A stretch of DNA of 64,000 nt from assembly GCA_965661285.1 (NCBI GenBank), contig CBFIDD010000003.1, forward strand, positions 160,001-224,000, read 5' to 3'. This document shows, piece after piece, positions 53,365 through 62,645 of this stretch (position 1 is its first letter; each line of letters begins with the position of its first letter). Origin of the DNA: Poseidonia sp. (GTDB lineage: Archaea; Thermoplasmatota; Poseidoniia; Poseidoniales; Poseidoniaceae). Under the pieces are notes generated by a model. It saw only the letters and a program-made list of their open reading frames with translations, was not told the DNA's origin and did no database searches. The position numbers and the translations under genes were made by a program.

Positions 53365-56300
53365 TCAAGACCGCTTATTTTTTGCAAGGTTGCAAATCGC
53401 CCGAGATTGTTCTGCAGTCCATCCGGTTTCCTGAAGTTGCATCAACATCGTTCGTTCCTGTTCTCCATCCGTCATCGCTCCAACAACCCAATCCACAGCA
53501 GCCTCTCTATCATCGGCTTGCCAGTCCTCAAAGATGCTCAAGTCGACGGTGATTTTCGCTTTGCGAACCTTTGGTGAGGGCGAATCTTCGTCGTTCTGAA
53601 CGACCTTCTTTCTGCTCGCCTTCTTTGGCGCAGGTGCTTTCGTTGAAGCCGGCGGTGTGTTGGGGCCCCGTCGTGGTGGCCCACCAGGACCACGCTTTGT
53701 GGGGCCGCCGGATTGGCGAGCTGGTGACGAGGTGGGGCCGGGCCCGGAAGGCCCTGAACGTCGGCTCGGTGCCGTACGCTCAGGCATGGCTCGAGAACGG
53801 GTCGGAGGAGCAGCAGTTTTCCGGTCGAAGCGATCGAGGAAATTGTCTTCATCATCATCGTCATCGCCAAAGAAATCGGCGTAGTCGTCATCCTCATCGT
53901 CGTCATCATCGCCTCTTCGCATGACCCGTACAATCACCAGCGTCAAGAGAAGGAACGCACCAAGACCGCCGAGTGCGAGCATCACGATGCCTGCATCAAC
54001 GCCAAGGAGGCCTTCCTCACCATCACCAGAGGCGGGGATGTAAGGGCAGCCGTCATCGTAGCCGTCAACGCCTTTGGGGTCGTTGGGGCAGTTGTCGGAA
54101 TCGTCCATGACGCCGTCAAAGTCGGAATCTCGCTCTGAAATATGGCAACCTTCCTCGTCGACCTGAAGACCGAGCCTTGTCTTCGGACAGAGGTCGGGGT
54201 TGGTTGCTCCGATCACGAACTGGCCCGGCCAAGAGGCATTCCTGGTGGTGTTCCACGAAGATTCGCCCCAGTTGTCACCGTATCCATCGCCGTCGGTGTC
54301 CTTCCATTGGGTTGCATCTGTCGGCCATACATCGGAATCGTTGCCTGCTGGGTTGTCTCCATACCCGTCGCCGTCACGGTCAAACCACTGTGTCGAATCT
54401 CTTGGGAATGCATCACCCTGCTCGTTGATAATCTCGCCGGTGCTCTCATCCAAGCCATAGGTGTAGCGTCCTGTGTACCCGTCGCCATCGAGATCAACAT
54501 CCAAAGCGTCTTCGTCAGTGCAACCGTTCGGAAGGATAGGGAAGTCTTGGGGCGTATCATTACAGTCATCCTCAACGTCCAAAATACCATCACCATCACT
54601 ATCTCGTTGGCTTTCCGAACACCCGTTTTCATCCACAAGATCACCAAGACCGGTTTTGGGACAGGTATCTTCGGGGTCGTTCACGCCGTCAGAATCCGAG
54701 TCCAAGGTTCGTTGTTCAGGGGTGCAGCCATCCGCATCAACGGTGACCCCGGTTGGTGTCTCGGGGCACAGATCTGCATTGTTCTTTATGCCGTCATCAT
54801 CATCGTCCAGCTCGGATTGTGAGCACCCCTGCTCGTTCACCGGTTCGCCTTGGGGTGTGGTTGGACAACGCGTATCAAGTTCATTGATGATGCCGTCGCC
54901 GTCGTTATCGGCAGCGTCGATCACTCGACACCCAATCCCGTTTGTCCCGTTGAGGACACCGGGTTCTACAGGACACCGGTCGCCTTCCACACCCGTGGGA
55001 TTATCCCCAAACCCATCGCCGTCCCTGTCTCGCGATTGTGTCTTTTCGTACGGAAGAGCATCACCGAGTTCGTTGATGCGCAGACCTGTCTCTTGATCGA
55101 GGTCGTATGTGTACGCATCCGTGTACCCATCACCGTCCGCATCTGGACACCCGTAGACCGAGTCAGACAGACTTTGACGCGTTGAGTTGCCCCAAACCGT
55201 AGGGCACGCATCGAGTTCAATTCCTTGCTTGTAGGAGGTCTTCGGGAAGGCCACAGCTTGCTGCTCCTCATCGCATCCATTCGCACCGATCTCGAGGGAC
55301 GTGTTCGAATCAACGCAAATATCGATCAGATTCATCACGCCGTCGCTGTCGTCATCCATGCTGACGAAGGCCGTCCAATTATCGGCGTAACCGTCGTTGT
55401 CGGTATCGTTTGCTGCCGCTTTACGAAGTGGGAAACGGTCCGGGTTGGTAGCGTTTTCAGATTGATTGTCGCCGTACCCATCGCCATCCGAATCTTTCCA
55501 TTGCGTGGAGTCCTGCGGCCACAAATCGGCCCCACTTGTGCCGTTCCACTCAAAGATGGTACCTTCGTCCGACGGGTCGCTTGCACCATCACCATCGCTA
55601 TCGAGACAACCGTTTCGATCTCGATATGAGGTGCCGAAATTGAACGGACAATAATCGCCGTACACAAGATCTGTGTCGTTGTCGCCGTAGCCATCACCGT
55701 CGTAATCGCTGTTTTGTGTTGGAAGGTGAGGGAACAGGTCACCGTTGCCGGCATTCGGGTCCAAAACAGTCGCACAGCAGTCGACGCCGTGGTTATCGGG
55801 CACGCCATCCCCATCGGAATCACGCGCTTGTTTCCAGTTAGAATAGTAGCCATCGCCGTTAAGATAACCCTGAAGATTGTCCGACCAACCGTCCTGATCA
55901 CGGTCTTCGCATCCAAAGCGGTCGATCCAAGACGTCCCACCCTCATCATCGCATCCATCAATATCGTCGCGGAAACCGTCGGTGTCGAAATCTGCGCATC
56001 CTTGCAAAACATAGGCAGAGGTCCCTGCCGACGTTGGACAAGCATCAGGGAGGGGGCCCAGCGGATTATCACCGTAGGCGTCACCATCGCTGTTTTTCCA
56101 TTGATTGCCTACCGTTGGCATGGCATCGATCAGGTCGAACACCAAGTCTCTGTCCTGGTCAGCATAGAGACGAAGCACGACCACATCGTCATCCACCGTT
56201 TCCCAATACGCCATCTGAACGCTACCGTTGCTGTCGAGCACGGCGTTCACAGGTTCGTTAGCAATGATATTCCCGAACGAAACCGACATCCACTGTGCAT

Positions 56301-59300
56301 CAGGATGTGAACGGTTGATCTCGAGCGTATTGACGGTGAGCTGATGGGTGATGGGGTCACTGGTTAACAGGAGCAGGTGGTCGCCGAGGTGAACGATGTC
56401 CCACGCACCGTTCACAGCGGCATCTGGTCGTTCTGCCAGCGAGACCCAAACGCCCGTCTCATTGAGTCCCAATATGGATGTGGCTGCGTTGCCGCGAACG
56501 GCCAAGACAGGGTTATCGCCACCTGCGAGATCAAGACGGAATTCATTGGATGTACCACTCGGCTGTGGAACGGTATGTTCGTGCCATTCGCTGCTTCCAG
56601 GCCATAACTCGTAAGCACTCAGCGAGCCATCCACGGTGAGGCTTGCGAGGAGAAGGGAGCCGTTCGAGAGTGTCGTGAGTTGAAGTTCGCCGTTCAAATC
56701 GGAATGGTTCGTGATGTTATGACGGAACAAGGCAGTCCCGTCGTAAACCCACACGGCGAGATGCGTTCCGCTTTGGTTGGAGGCAACGAGGCCAACGGCG
56801 ATGGAGTCGTTGGAAAGGACGGTGGTCGGATGTTGCTTTGAGACTGCTTCGCCTTCTTCGCCCAAGGCAGTGAGCGACCAACTGGAACCGCCCACAGCCA
56901 ATTCCAACTGGCCAGTGGCATCGTGGCGGTAAACCAGATGAGGGATGTTTTGGCTGTCGACATTCACTTCAATGGCAGCTGCAAGGTTTGCGCTGTTCCT
57001 CACCAGATCGGTTGACCAACCCGTCCCCGTTTGGGTGGCGACATAAATTTGGTTTCCACCTCCCGATGTGTAAGCAAGGACCTGCTCGTTCGCTGTGGTC
57101 GTCGAGGACCCCAACCACTGCCCCATTGTTCCGGTGGTGACGACGTCTTGTTGTAAGGCCGTCATTGAGGAGGTGGTGTGCAACACCATGGAGGTTCTGT
57201 TTTCAACCAAAAGAACGGGCTGCCCTGAGGAACGAACCCCAAAGGCGATGCCAGGGTGGTCTGTGGTTGAGCTGGCTATGGTTTGGTCCACCCACTCGCC
57301 TGATGGGGTCCCGTCGTACATGTGTTCAATTTTCGAAACATGGTACTGAAGTGAATCGGCATGGGTGAACACCATGCTGGTTTCGCCGCGCGCAGCCGTA
57401 CCAAGTTCAAGTTCGTGCAACGTGCCTTGCTTCTCAAACATGATCGACTCCCAATCGCGCTCGCTGAGATGCACGTAATCCAGGCCGTAGTTTTCACCAC
57501 GGGCCGACGAACGAATCGAATAAATCAGATCACCCAAGCCGTCTCCATCCACATCCCCGCTACTTGCAAGACGTTTGCCAAGGTGTTCGTTGCTGTTGCC
57601 CTCTGCCAGAAGCTCACGGCTTTCGCTCAACCCATCAGCAGAACCAAGGAAGATTTCAACGCGTCCAGAGGATGAACCCATGCGACTCGAAACATAGACA
57701 TCGTCGAATCCATCTTGATTGATATCACCAGCAGCAGCAACGGCCTCACCCACGCGAGTGCCTGACGTTGTTGGCTCAAACTGCCAGTCGGGACTGCCCG
57801 GCAAGGCGGCGTTCGTCCCTTCAAACAACCAAAGCACACCCGAACCAAAGGTGCCGGTGCTGTTGAGAGGTTCGGTAATGATGTGTTCATCATATCCGTC
57901 GCCGTTGACGTCGCCGACGCACGCAATATCCAACCCGAAGAGCTTGGCTTGGGAAAGAGGAGCAAGGGTATGGTCCGGCGTACCGTCGTAGCCTGTTGTT
58001 GAGCCGTAGAAATATTCTATCGAAGAAAACGACAGCGGCTCTTCGAGAGAGCCAGTGTTACCGACGATGAGTTCATCATAACCGTCGTTATTGATGTCGC
58101 AACCTTCCAGAGAGCGACCAAACAAGTTCCCCTGTTCGCTTTGGGTGATGTTTCGCAAAGGATCCAATCCCGTTTCATCGGTTGAATACAGGTTGACTTT
58201 TCCATTGTTCGTTTGATTCGAGCTGACCTGCAGGGAATAATTTCGTGCCCCTACAGCGAGATAGTCCCCCCCTGCAGCGTTGTTGAGCGATTCTACCTCG
58301 CTGCCCAGCGATTCGCTGTCAGTGCCAACCACGGTGGCCCATGGCGTGGTCGCCATGCCGGAAACCTGACCCAAGAAAATGTGAACCTGGCCGTGTCTCG
58401 CTTCGCTGGCGTTGGATGGCCCCCACCCGGGTTCACCAACCACCAAATCAGAAATACCGTCATCATTGAAATCGCCGTGGTCAACATCAGACCCGTACTG
58501 AGCGCCATCGACCTCACCCGTGAGGGTGATGCTTGGGGCAGGAGAAAGACCGCCTGAGGATCCGTAGTAAATGTCAACCCGGCCGTTGTCAATGCGTGTG
58601 GGCCCGTCGGCATGAGGTGTGGCAACCACGAGATCATCAAAGCCATCGTGGTTGATGTCGATGAGAAGGAGTGTACCTTCTTCTTCGTCCGCTTCGCCTT
58701 GAAGGACGGACTTGGGCGTTGGATCGACACGACCTGTGTCTTGGCCGATGAGCGAACGAATGAGGTTGAGCGTAAAGGTTGAGCCGGTTTGCGTCGCCGA
58801 GACCACCTGTCCAATGTTGTTCCCATCGAGGTCCATGCCCAGAGCATCGATGAGTTCTTCATGCTCAAACAAAATATGCGTCTCATGCTGCGTCCCGTTG
58901 ACTTGGAGAAGTACAACCTCTCCGTCGTTAATCCTTGAATAGAGGACATGCGCAACACCGTCCTCGTCCATCTCGAGTTCAAAATCTTGGCCTACAGGGC
59001 CCTCATCAAGGACAGCGCTGGTCCAATATGTCCCTGTGAAGTTGACCCGGTGAAGCGCCCCTGTTGCCGTTCGCATCAAGCCCCACTCAACGCCCTCGGG
59101 AGTGATTTCAAGCGCCAAATTCGTCGGGTTGACGTCTTCCATGATGGTACGGGTGTGCCAGCGTGCACCGTCCCAGTAGGTTGGGCTTTCAAACGCATAT
59201 CGCCCCATTTTCAAATCCGGACCGTCGGCGTACAGCACTCTGGGCCTTTCGTTTGCGGTGATAGCGATGGCACAATCCACCAATTCGGAGGAGTTGGAGG

Positions 59301-59724
59301 AGGCAACCGTGTCGACCAGTGTTGTTGACCACTGACCGTTGGGTCGATGAATGGCCGTGCGAACCGGCCCTTCTTCCGTGCTCCAGCAGTAATGCTCTTT
59401 GTCGTACCGTGTCAGCTTCACGTCCGGCGTCCCGTGATGTTCGGTACTGGAGGTATTGAATGCCGTCGAGACCCACATGTCAAACATGGATTCTTCACGA
59501 ACACTCGCTTGAACCAAGCCGTCCACGTCAAGCGTGGTCGAGCCGATATCGTGTCCATAACCGGACGCCAAGCCGTAGGGCGCTGTGTTCAGGACACCCG
59601 TGTCTTCGGCCAATGTGTCCTCAGCAGATTCCTGAGCCAACATCGGTGCCCAGAGCGAAGCGACGAAGAGCAGAACGAGCAGAGTGCTCTTGAATTGAAG
59701 ATTCTGAACTTTGCCGCCCGCCAT
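53365..59724 (-). CDS. Giant surface protein with FG-GAP (integrin-alpha-like) repeats, TSP3 repeats, TM helix and cytoplasmic tail
   Basis: Signal peptide; repeats such as DINHDGFDDLVVATP, GDFNDDGISDLVVGEP, GDINQDGFDD; many DxDGDG...D.CP repeats; TM helix near the C-terminus. Confidence 0.9.
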   Translation of the reverse strand: MAGGKVQNLQFKSTLLVLLFVASLWAPMLAQESAEDTLAEDTGVLNTAPYGLASGYGHDIGSTTLDVDGLVQASVREESMFDMWVSTAFNTSSTEHHGTPDVKLTRYDKEHYCWSTEEGPVRTAIHRPNGQWSTTLVDTVASSNSSELVDCAIAITANERPRVLYADGPDLKMGRYAFESPTYWDGARWHTRTIMEDVNPTNLALEITPEGVEWGLMRTATGALHRVNFTGTYWTSAVLDEGPVGQDFELEMDEDGVAHVLYSRINDGEVVLLQVNGTQHETHILFEHEELIDALGMDLDGNNIGQVVSATQTGSTFTLNLIRSLIGQDTGRVDPTPKSVLQGEADEEEGTLLLIDINHDGFDDLVVATPHADGPTRIDNGRVDIYYGSSGGLSPAPSITLTGEVDGAQYGSDVDHGDFNDDGISDLVVGEPGWGPSNASEARHGQVHIFLGQVSGMATTPWATVVGTDSESLGSEVESLNNAAGGDYLAVGARNYSLQVSSNQTNNGKVNLYSTDETGLDPLRNITQSEQGNLFGRSLEGCDINNDGYDELIVGNTGSLEEPLSFSSIEYFYGSTTGYDGTPDHTLAPLSQAKLFGLDIACVGDVNGDGYDEHIITEPLNSTGTFGSGVLWLFEGTNAALPGSPDWQFEPTTSGTRVGEAVAAAGDINQDGFDDVYVSSRMGSSSGRVEIFLGSADGLSESRELLAEGNSNEHLGKRLASSGDVDGDGLGDLIYSIRSSARGENYGLDYVHLSERDWESIMFEKQGTLHELELGTAARGETSMVFTHADSLQYHVSKIEHMYDGTPSGEWVDQTIASSTTDHPGIAFGVRSSGQPVLLVENRTSMVLHTTSSMTALQQDVVTTGTMGQWLGSSTTTANEQVLAYTSGGGNQIYVATQTGTGWSTDLVRNSANLAAAIEVNVDSQNIPHLVYRHDATGQLELAVGGSSWSLTALGEEGEAVSKQHPTTVLSNDSIAVGLVASNQSGTHLAVWVYDGTALFRHNITNHSDLNGELQLTTLSNGSLLLASLTVDGSLSAYELWPGSSEWHEHTVPQPSGTSNEFRLDLAGGDNPVLAVRGNAATSILGLNETGVWVSLAERPDAAVNGAWDIVHLGDHLLLLTSDPITHQLTVNTLEINRSHPDAQWMSVSFGNIIANEPVNAVLDSNGSVQMAYWETVDDDVVVLRLYADQDRDLVFDLIDAMPTVGNQWKNSDGDAYGDNPLGPLPDACPTSAGTSAYVLQGCADFDTDGFRDDIDGCDDEGGTSWIDRFGCEDRDQDGWSDNLQGYLNGDGYYSNWKQARDSDGDGVPDNHGVDCCATVLDPNAGNGDLFPHLPTQNSDYDGDGYGDNDTDLVYGDYCPFNFGTSYRDRNGCLDSDGDGASDPSDEGTIFEWNGTSGADLWPQDSTQWKDSDGDGYGDNQSENATNPDRFPLRKAAANDTDNDGYADNWTAFVSMDDDSDGVMNLIDICVDSNTSLEIGANGCDEEQQAVAFPKTSYKQGIELDACPTVWGNSTRQSLSDSVYGCPDADGDGYTDAYTYDLDQETGLRINELGDALPYEKTQSRDRDGDGFGDNPTGVEGDRCPVEPGVLNGTNGIGCRVIDAADNDGDGIINELDTRCPTTPQGEPVNEQGCSQSELDDDDDGIKNNADLCPETPTGVTVDADGCTPEQRTLDSDSDGVNDPEDTCPKTGLGDLVDENGCSESQRDSDGDGILDVEDDCNDTPQDFPILPNGCTDEDALDVDLDGDGYTGRYTYGLDESTGEIINEQGDAFPRDSTQWFDRDGDGYGDNPAGNDSDVWPTDATQWKDTDGDGYGDNWGESSWNTTRNASWPGQFVIGATNPDLCPKTRLGLQVDEEGCHISERDSDFDGVMDDSDNCPNDPKGVDGYDDGCPYIPASGDGEEGLLGVDAGIVMLALGGLGAFLLLTLVIVRVMRRGDDDDDEDDDYADFFGDDDDDEDNFLDRFDRKTAAPPTRSRAMPERTAPSRRSGPSGPGPTSSPARQSGGPTKRGPGGPPRRGPNTPPASTKAPAPKKASRKKVVQNDEDSPSPKVRKAKITVDLSIFEDWQADDREAAVDWVVGAMTDGEQERTMLMQLQETGWTAEQSRAICNLAKNKRS

Positions 59725-59771
59725 GGCTCTAGCACAGCCCCCGACATAGAAAATCATTGTTCAGCCAAGAC

Positions 59772-59790
59772 TGACCCCCTAAGGGGGTCA
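59772..59790. promoter_or_regulatory. Palindrome in a divergent intergenic region
   Basis: TGACCCCCT-A-AGGGGGTCA, perfect 9-bp arms. Confidence 0.45.
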
Positions 59791-59846
59791 AATCCTTCAT
59801 TTCCATGACCGTTGGGTTGAGATAGGAACAACGCTTCTCGACGTCC

Positions 59847-60503
59847 ATGGGGCCATCACCCTGCCTTATTTTCACGGCTGGGGCGTGGTGCGACGAGAAA
59901 GTGATTAAGTACCAACTTGCATCTAAATCGTTGGTCCTCGCCTGTGACGAAGCCTTGGCCATGTGCCTCGATAGGGGCGTTGTTCCCAACGCTGTCATCG
60001 GCGATATGGACAGTGTCAGCACCGAGATGTTGGAGCGATTTGCCGAACTGGGGGGTGAGGTGGTTTACCGGCCAAACCAAGACAGCAACGATCTGGCCAA
60101 GGCCCTTGAATTTGCGACCCACTCGGGATGTTCTTCCTGCACGGTGGTTGGCGCCACGGGGGGTGACCGTGAACAAGAATGGGCCAATCTCCTGACGTGT
60201 GCGGCCTCAACCATGGACATCACATGCCTTGGAAGAAGGCACCAATATCGGTTCTTATGCCCCGGAAGAACTTACTCTATAGAAATAATGCCGGGCCAAA
60301 ATTTCTCGCTTTTCTCCCTCCCTGTTGCCGATGGCATCACCCTAAAGGGAGGGCAATTCGGACTTCAAAATGCCAGATTGACCATGGGCTCTGAGGGGTT
60401 GCACAACGTGGCAGTTTCCTCAGAACTGAGCCTCACCTATCAGGAAGGAAGGCTCATCCTTCTGATGGTTCATCCTTCGTCGAAGGAGGAAGGAACGACC
60501 TGA
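59847..60503 (+). CDS. thiN: Thiamine diphosphokinase
   Basis: VIGDMDSV, QDSNDLAKAL, GATGGDREQEWAN, GLHN. Confidence 0.88.
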   Translation: MGPSPCLIFTAGAWCDEKVIKYQLASKSLVLACDEALAMCLDRGVVPNAVIGDMDSVSTEMLERFAELGGEVVYRPNQDSNDLAKALEFATHSGCSSCTVVGATGGDREQEWANLLTCAASTMDITCLGRRHQYRFLCPGRTYSIEIMPGQNFSLFSLPVADGITLKGGQFGLQNARLTMGSEGLHNVAVSSELSLTYQEGRLILLMVHPSSKEEGTT

Positions 60504-61338
60504 GCATGGCCGAATAATCCTCCTTGCCGTCCCATGCTTGAGCCCGCTCGTCAATTCGGGCTTTCTCGAGGGTCGCTTCCAAGCCCCCCCAATCCTCGAT
60601 GAGGTTGAGCTTGAAGGCAGCCTTTGGCGTATACCCAGGAAGAAAATTTCGCCAAAGGAAGGGAATTCGGCCGGGTGTGACCTTGTTGACCATTTGGACG
60701 ATGGAGGTGTTGCAGGTGGTGAGCAAGGAATGATACCATTCCGGATTGACGGCGAGGTCGTTGAGTTTGTTCACCATACCAAGCAGGAGTTCCTTGTCCT
60801 TGCCCGGCGGTGTGACGGCGCGAAACATGTAGTCCTTGTTTTTGCGACCGTGCGTTCGCAACCCTGTCACGTCCCGTTCAAACCCGACCAAGAGGTAGAG
60901 TTCATACGCACGCCACATTCCATCCCACGGATGATAACGTTCATGTTTCTCACGCCGGGTTTCAAATGAAAAAGAGAGACAGGTGCCACAACCGAATTCA
61001 AAGGTGAGATAGGTGTGTGCGAGACCTTTCAACGAGTGGAAATGGTCGACGATGAACCAAATATGCTTGAGGTCGTCAGCATCAACTTCAACCTCTTCAG
61101 CCCAATCTTCGTCCCTGTCCCGGGTGGTCCTCCACGTGAAATCTCGAACCATGTGGAAGGTGATCTTGGAACCGTCAATCGTCGCCGTTGTGAGATGCTC
61201 ACAATCAGCAGCCCATTCAAGGTCAAGAGAGGGTTGCAACGGCCGAATTCGGGTGTACCACACGTAAAGAAGACGCAAAGCGACCACGACCACAACGGCG
61301 CCAACGGCCATCAGCAGATAGGTGATCCAATCCATCAT
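60454..61338 (-). CDS. DUF4105 (Lnb N-terminal-like) domain protein with N-terminal TM
   Basis: VRDFTW, AHTYLTFEF, SFETRRE, YEL, ERD, WYHSLLTTCNT. Confidence 0.8.
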   Translation of the reverse strand: MMDWITYLLMAVGAVVVVVALRLLYVWYTRIRPLQPSLDLEWAADCEHLTTATIDGSKITFHMVRDFTWRTTRDRDEDWAEEVEVDADDLKHIWFIVDHFHSLKGLAHTYLTFEFGCGTCLSFSFETRREKHERYHPWDGMWRAYELYLLVGFERDVTGLRTHGRKNKDYMFRAVTPPGKDKELLLGMVNKLNDLAVNPEWYHSLLTTCNTSIVQMVNKVTPGRIPFLWRNFLPGYTPKAAFKLNLIEDWGGLEATLEKARIDERAQAWDGKEDYSAMLRSFLPPSTKDEPSEG

Positions 61339-62645
61339 TCCCACCTGTGCCAGACGCTCCATTCGGCGTCCCACCAGTCGACCTCACCGCTTGGATGCTG
61401 ACGCCAAAGCACCCCTTGGTCGTCAAGTGTGGTCGGCAAACCTTGCGTATCGGGTGAGCCATCCGCAAGCACCTGAGGCGTCGGGCCGATGGCAGGAAGT
61501 TCAAGCGCCTCGGGTTCTTTGTTTCGAACCAGAGCGACGAAAACGATGATGGAGACCAGAAGTGCCAAAACGCCAATAGATAGCCAGCCTACAGATTCAG
61601 TAGGCGTGTCCATGCCCAGCGAGGAGGAAGGAAGGCTGGCAGATTCGTTCACCGAGAGGTCTGATGCTGGAAGCCGGATGAGATTCACACCTTCCGTTGA
61701 GGATATCATCTTCTCTGTGATCACCTCGAGCGTAATAAGATGAGCCCCGGCAGGCAAGAATGAGCAATCGAAGTTGCTGCCGTTGGCACCTTCGACGGGT
61801 TGTCCTTTGAGCGACCAGATGGTTGTCAAGCCAACCTCCGAACGTCCGTCATGAAGCATCATTTGAACCGCGCACGGCGTGTCCGTAGCGTTTTGATGAC
61901 CTGACACCGACAGCGAAAAGTCCGGTGCTGGCCTGTTGTTGATGGTGAAATTTAACGTGCTCTCCGCCGTTTGGCCAAGCCCGTTTCGGTATGTTTCTTT
62001 GAGTTCATAATCCCCTGCAGGCCATGAGGAACAATCCAAAATACCGTGCGAGTCCAGAACACTGAACGGTGCTCCGGTGAAAGTTCGAACACCGGTTTCC
62101 CCGTACCTTGGACCCGTTTCATCTGCGAATTCGCGGACAATTTCGCATGTTTCTCCCGTTTGGAGGCCAGCGCCAGCATTGAGTTCCAGCGACAAGCGGG
62201 GCACCTTGAGGGCAGGTGTCAGGACGAAAGTTGGGAGCGGATAAGAGGCGATGAAATCACCGTTCTCGTCGAGGAAATCCAAGCGAAGGACATGCTCACC
62301 TTGTGACCAAGCATCGTAGACCAGCGTGATGTTTGTTTGCCCTTCAAACGAGATTTCCTGAGACTCGAGCACTTCTCGTTCTTTGTGCAGACCGCGTAGT
62401 TTGACGATCATATCGTTCGAGGTCGCTGTCGAGTTGAGAACGACCACCACGCGCACGGCATCGATATCCCCGTCTTGGTTGGTGTCGATGGTGTCGTTTC
62501 GAAGAGCGAGGAGTGTGAGGCCTTGTTCGGATAACTGCTCATCCGTACTCATTTCCGCACCTGCTGGCAACGGCAACAGAAGGCAAATCATGAGCAGACC
62601 GATGAGAACGGCAGGACGGCGATTCGAAGCATCACGCACGCTCAT
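61335..62645 (-). CDS. Secreted, membrane-anchored hypothetical protein with Trp-rich cytoplasmic C-terminus
   Basis: Signal peptide, beta-rich ectodomain, TM helix, terminal DDQGVLWRQHPSGEVDWWD...W motif. Confidence 0.8.
   Translation of the reverse strand: MSVRDASNRRPAVLIGLLMICLLLPLPAGAEMSTDEQLSEQGLTLLALRNDTIDTNQDGDIDAVRVVVVLNSTATSNDMIVKLRGLHKEREVLESQEISFEGQTNITLVYDAWSQGEHVLRLDFLDENGDFIASYPLPTFVLTPALKVPRLSLELNAGAGLQTGETCEIVREFADETGPRYGETGVRTFTGAPFSVLDSHGILDCSSWPAGDYELKETYRNGLGQTAESTLNFTINNRPAPDFSLSVSGHQNATDTPCAVQMMLHDGRSEVGLTTIWSLKGQPVEGANGSNFDCSFLPAGAHLITLEVITEKMISSTEGVNLIRLPASDLSVNESASLPSSSLGMDTPTESVGWLSIGVLALLVSIIVFVALVRNKEPEALELPAIGPTPQVLADGSPDTQGLPTTLDDQGVLWRQHPSGEVDWWDAEWSVWHRWE

Noticed and set aside
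53900-56200. Repeated CCGTCGCCGTC-like DNA as a CRISPR or tandem array
   Set aside because: The repeats are degenerate and explained by DxDGDG peptide repeats in coding sequence; there is no fixed repeat-spacer period.
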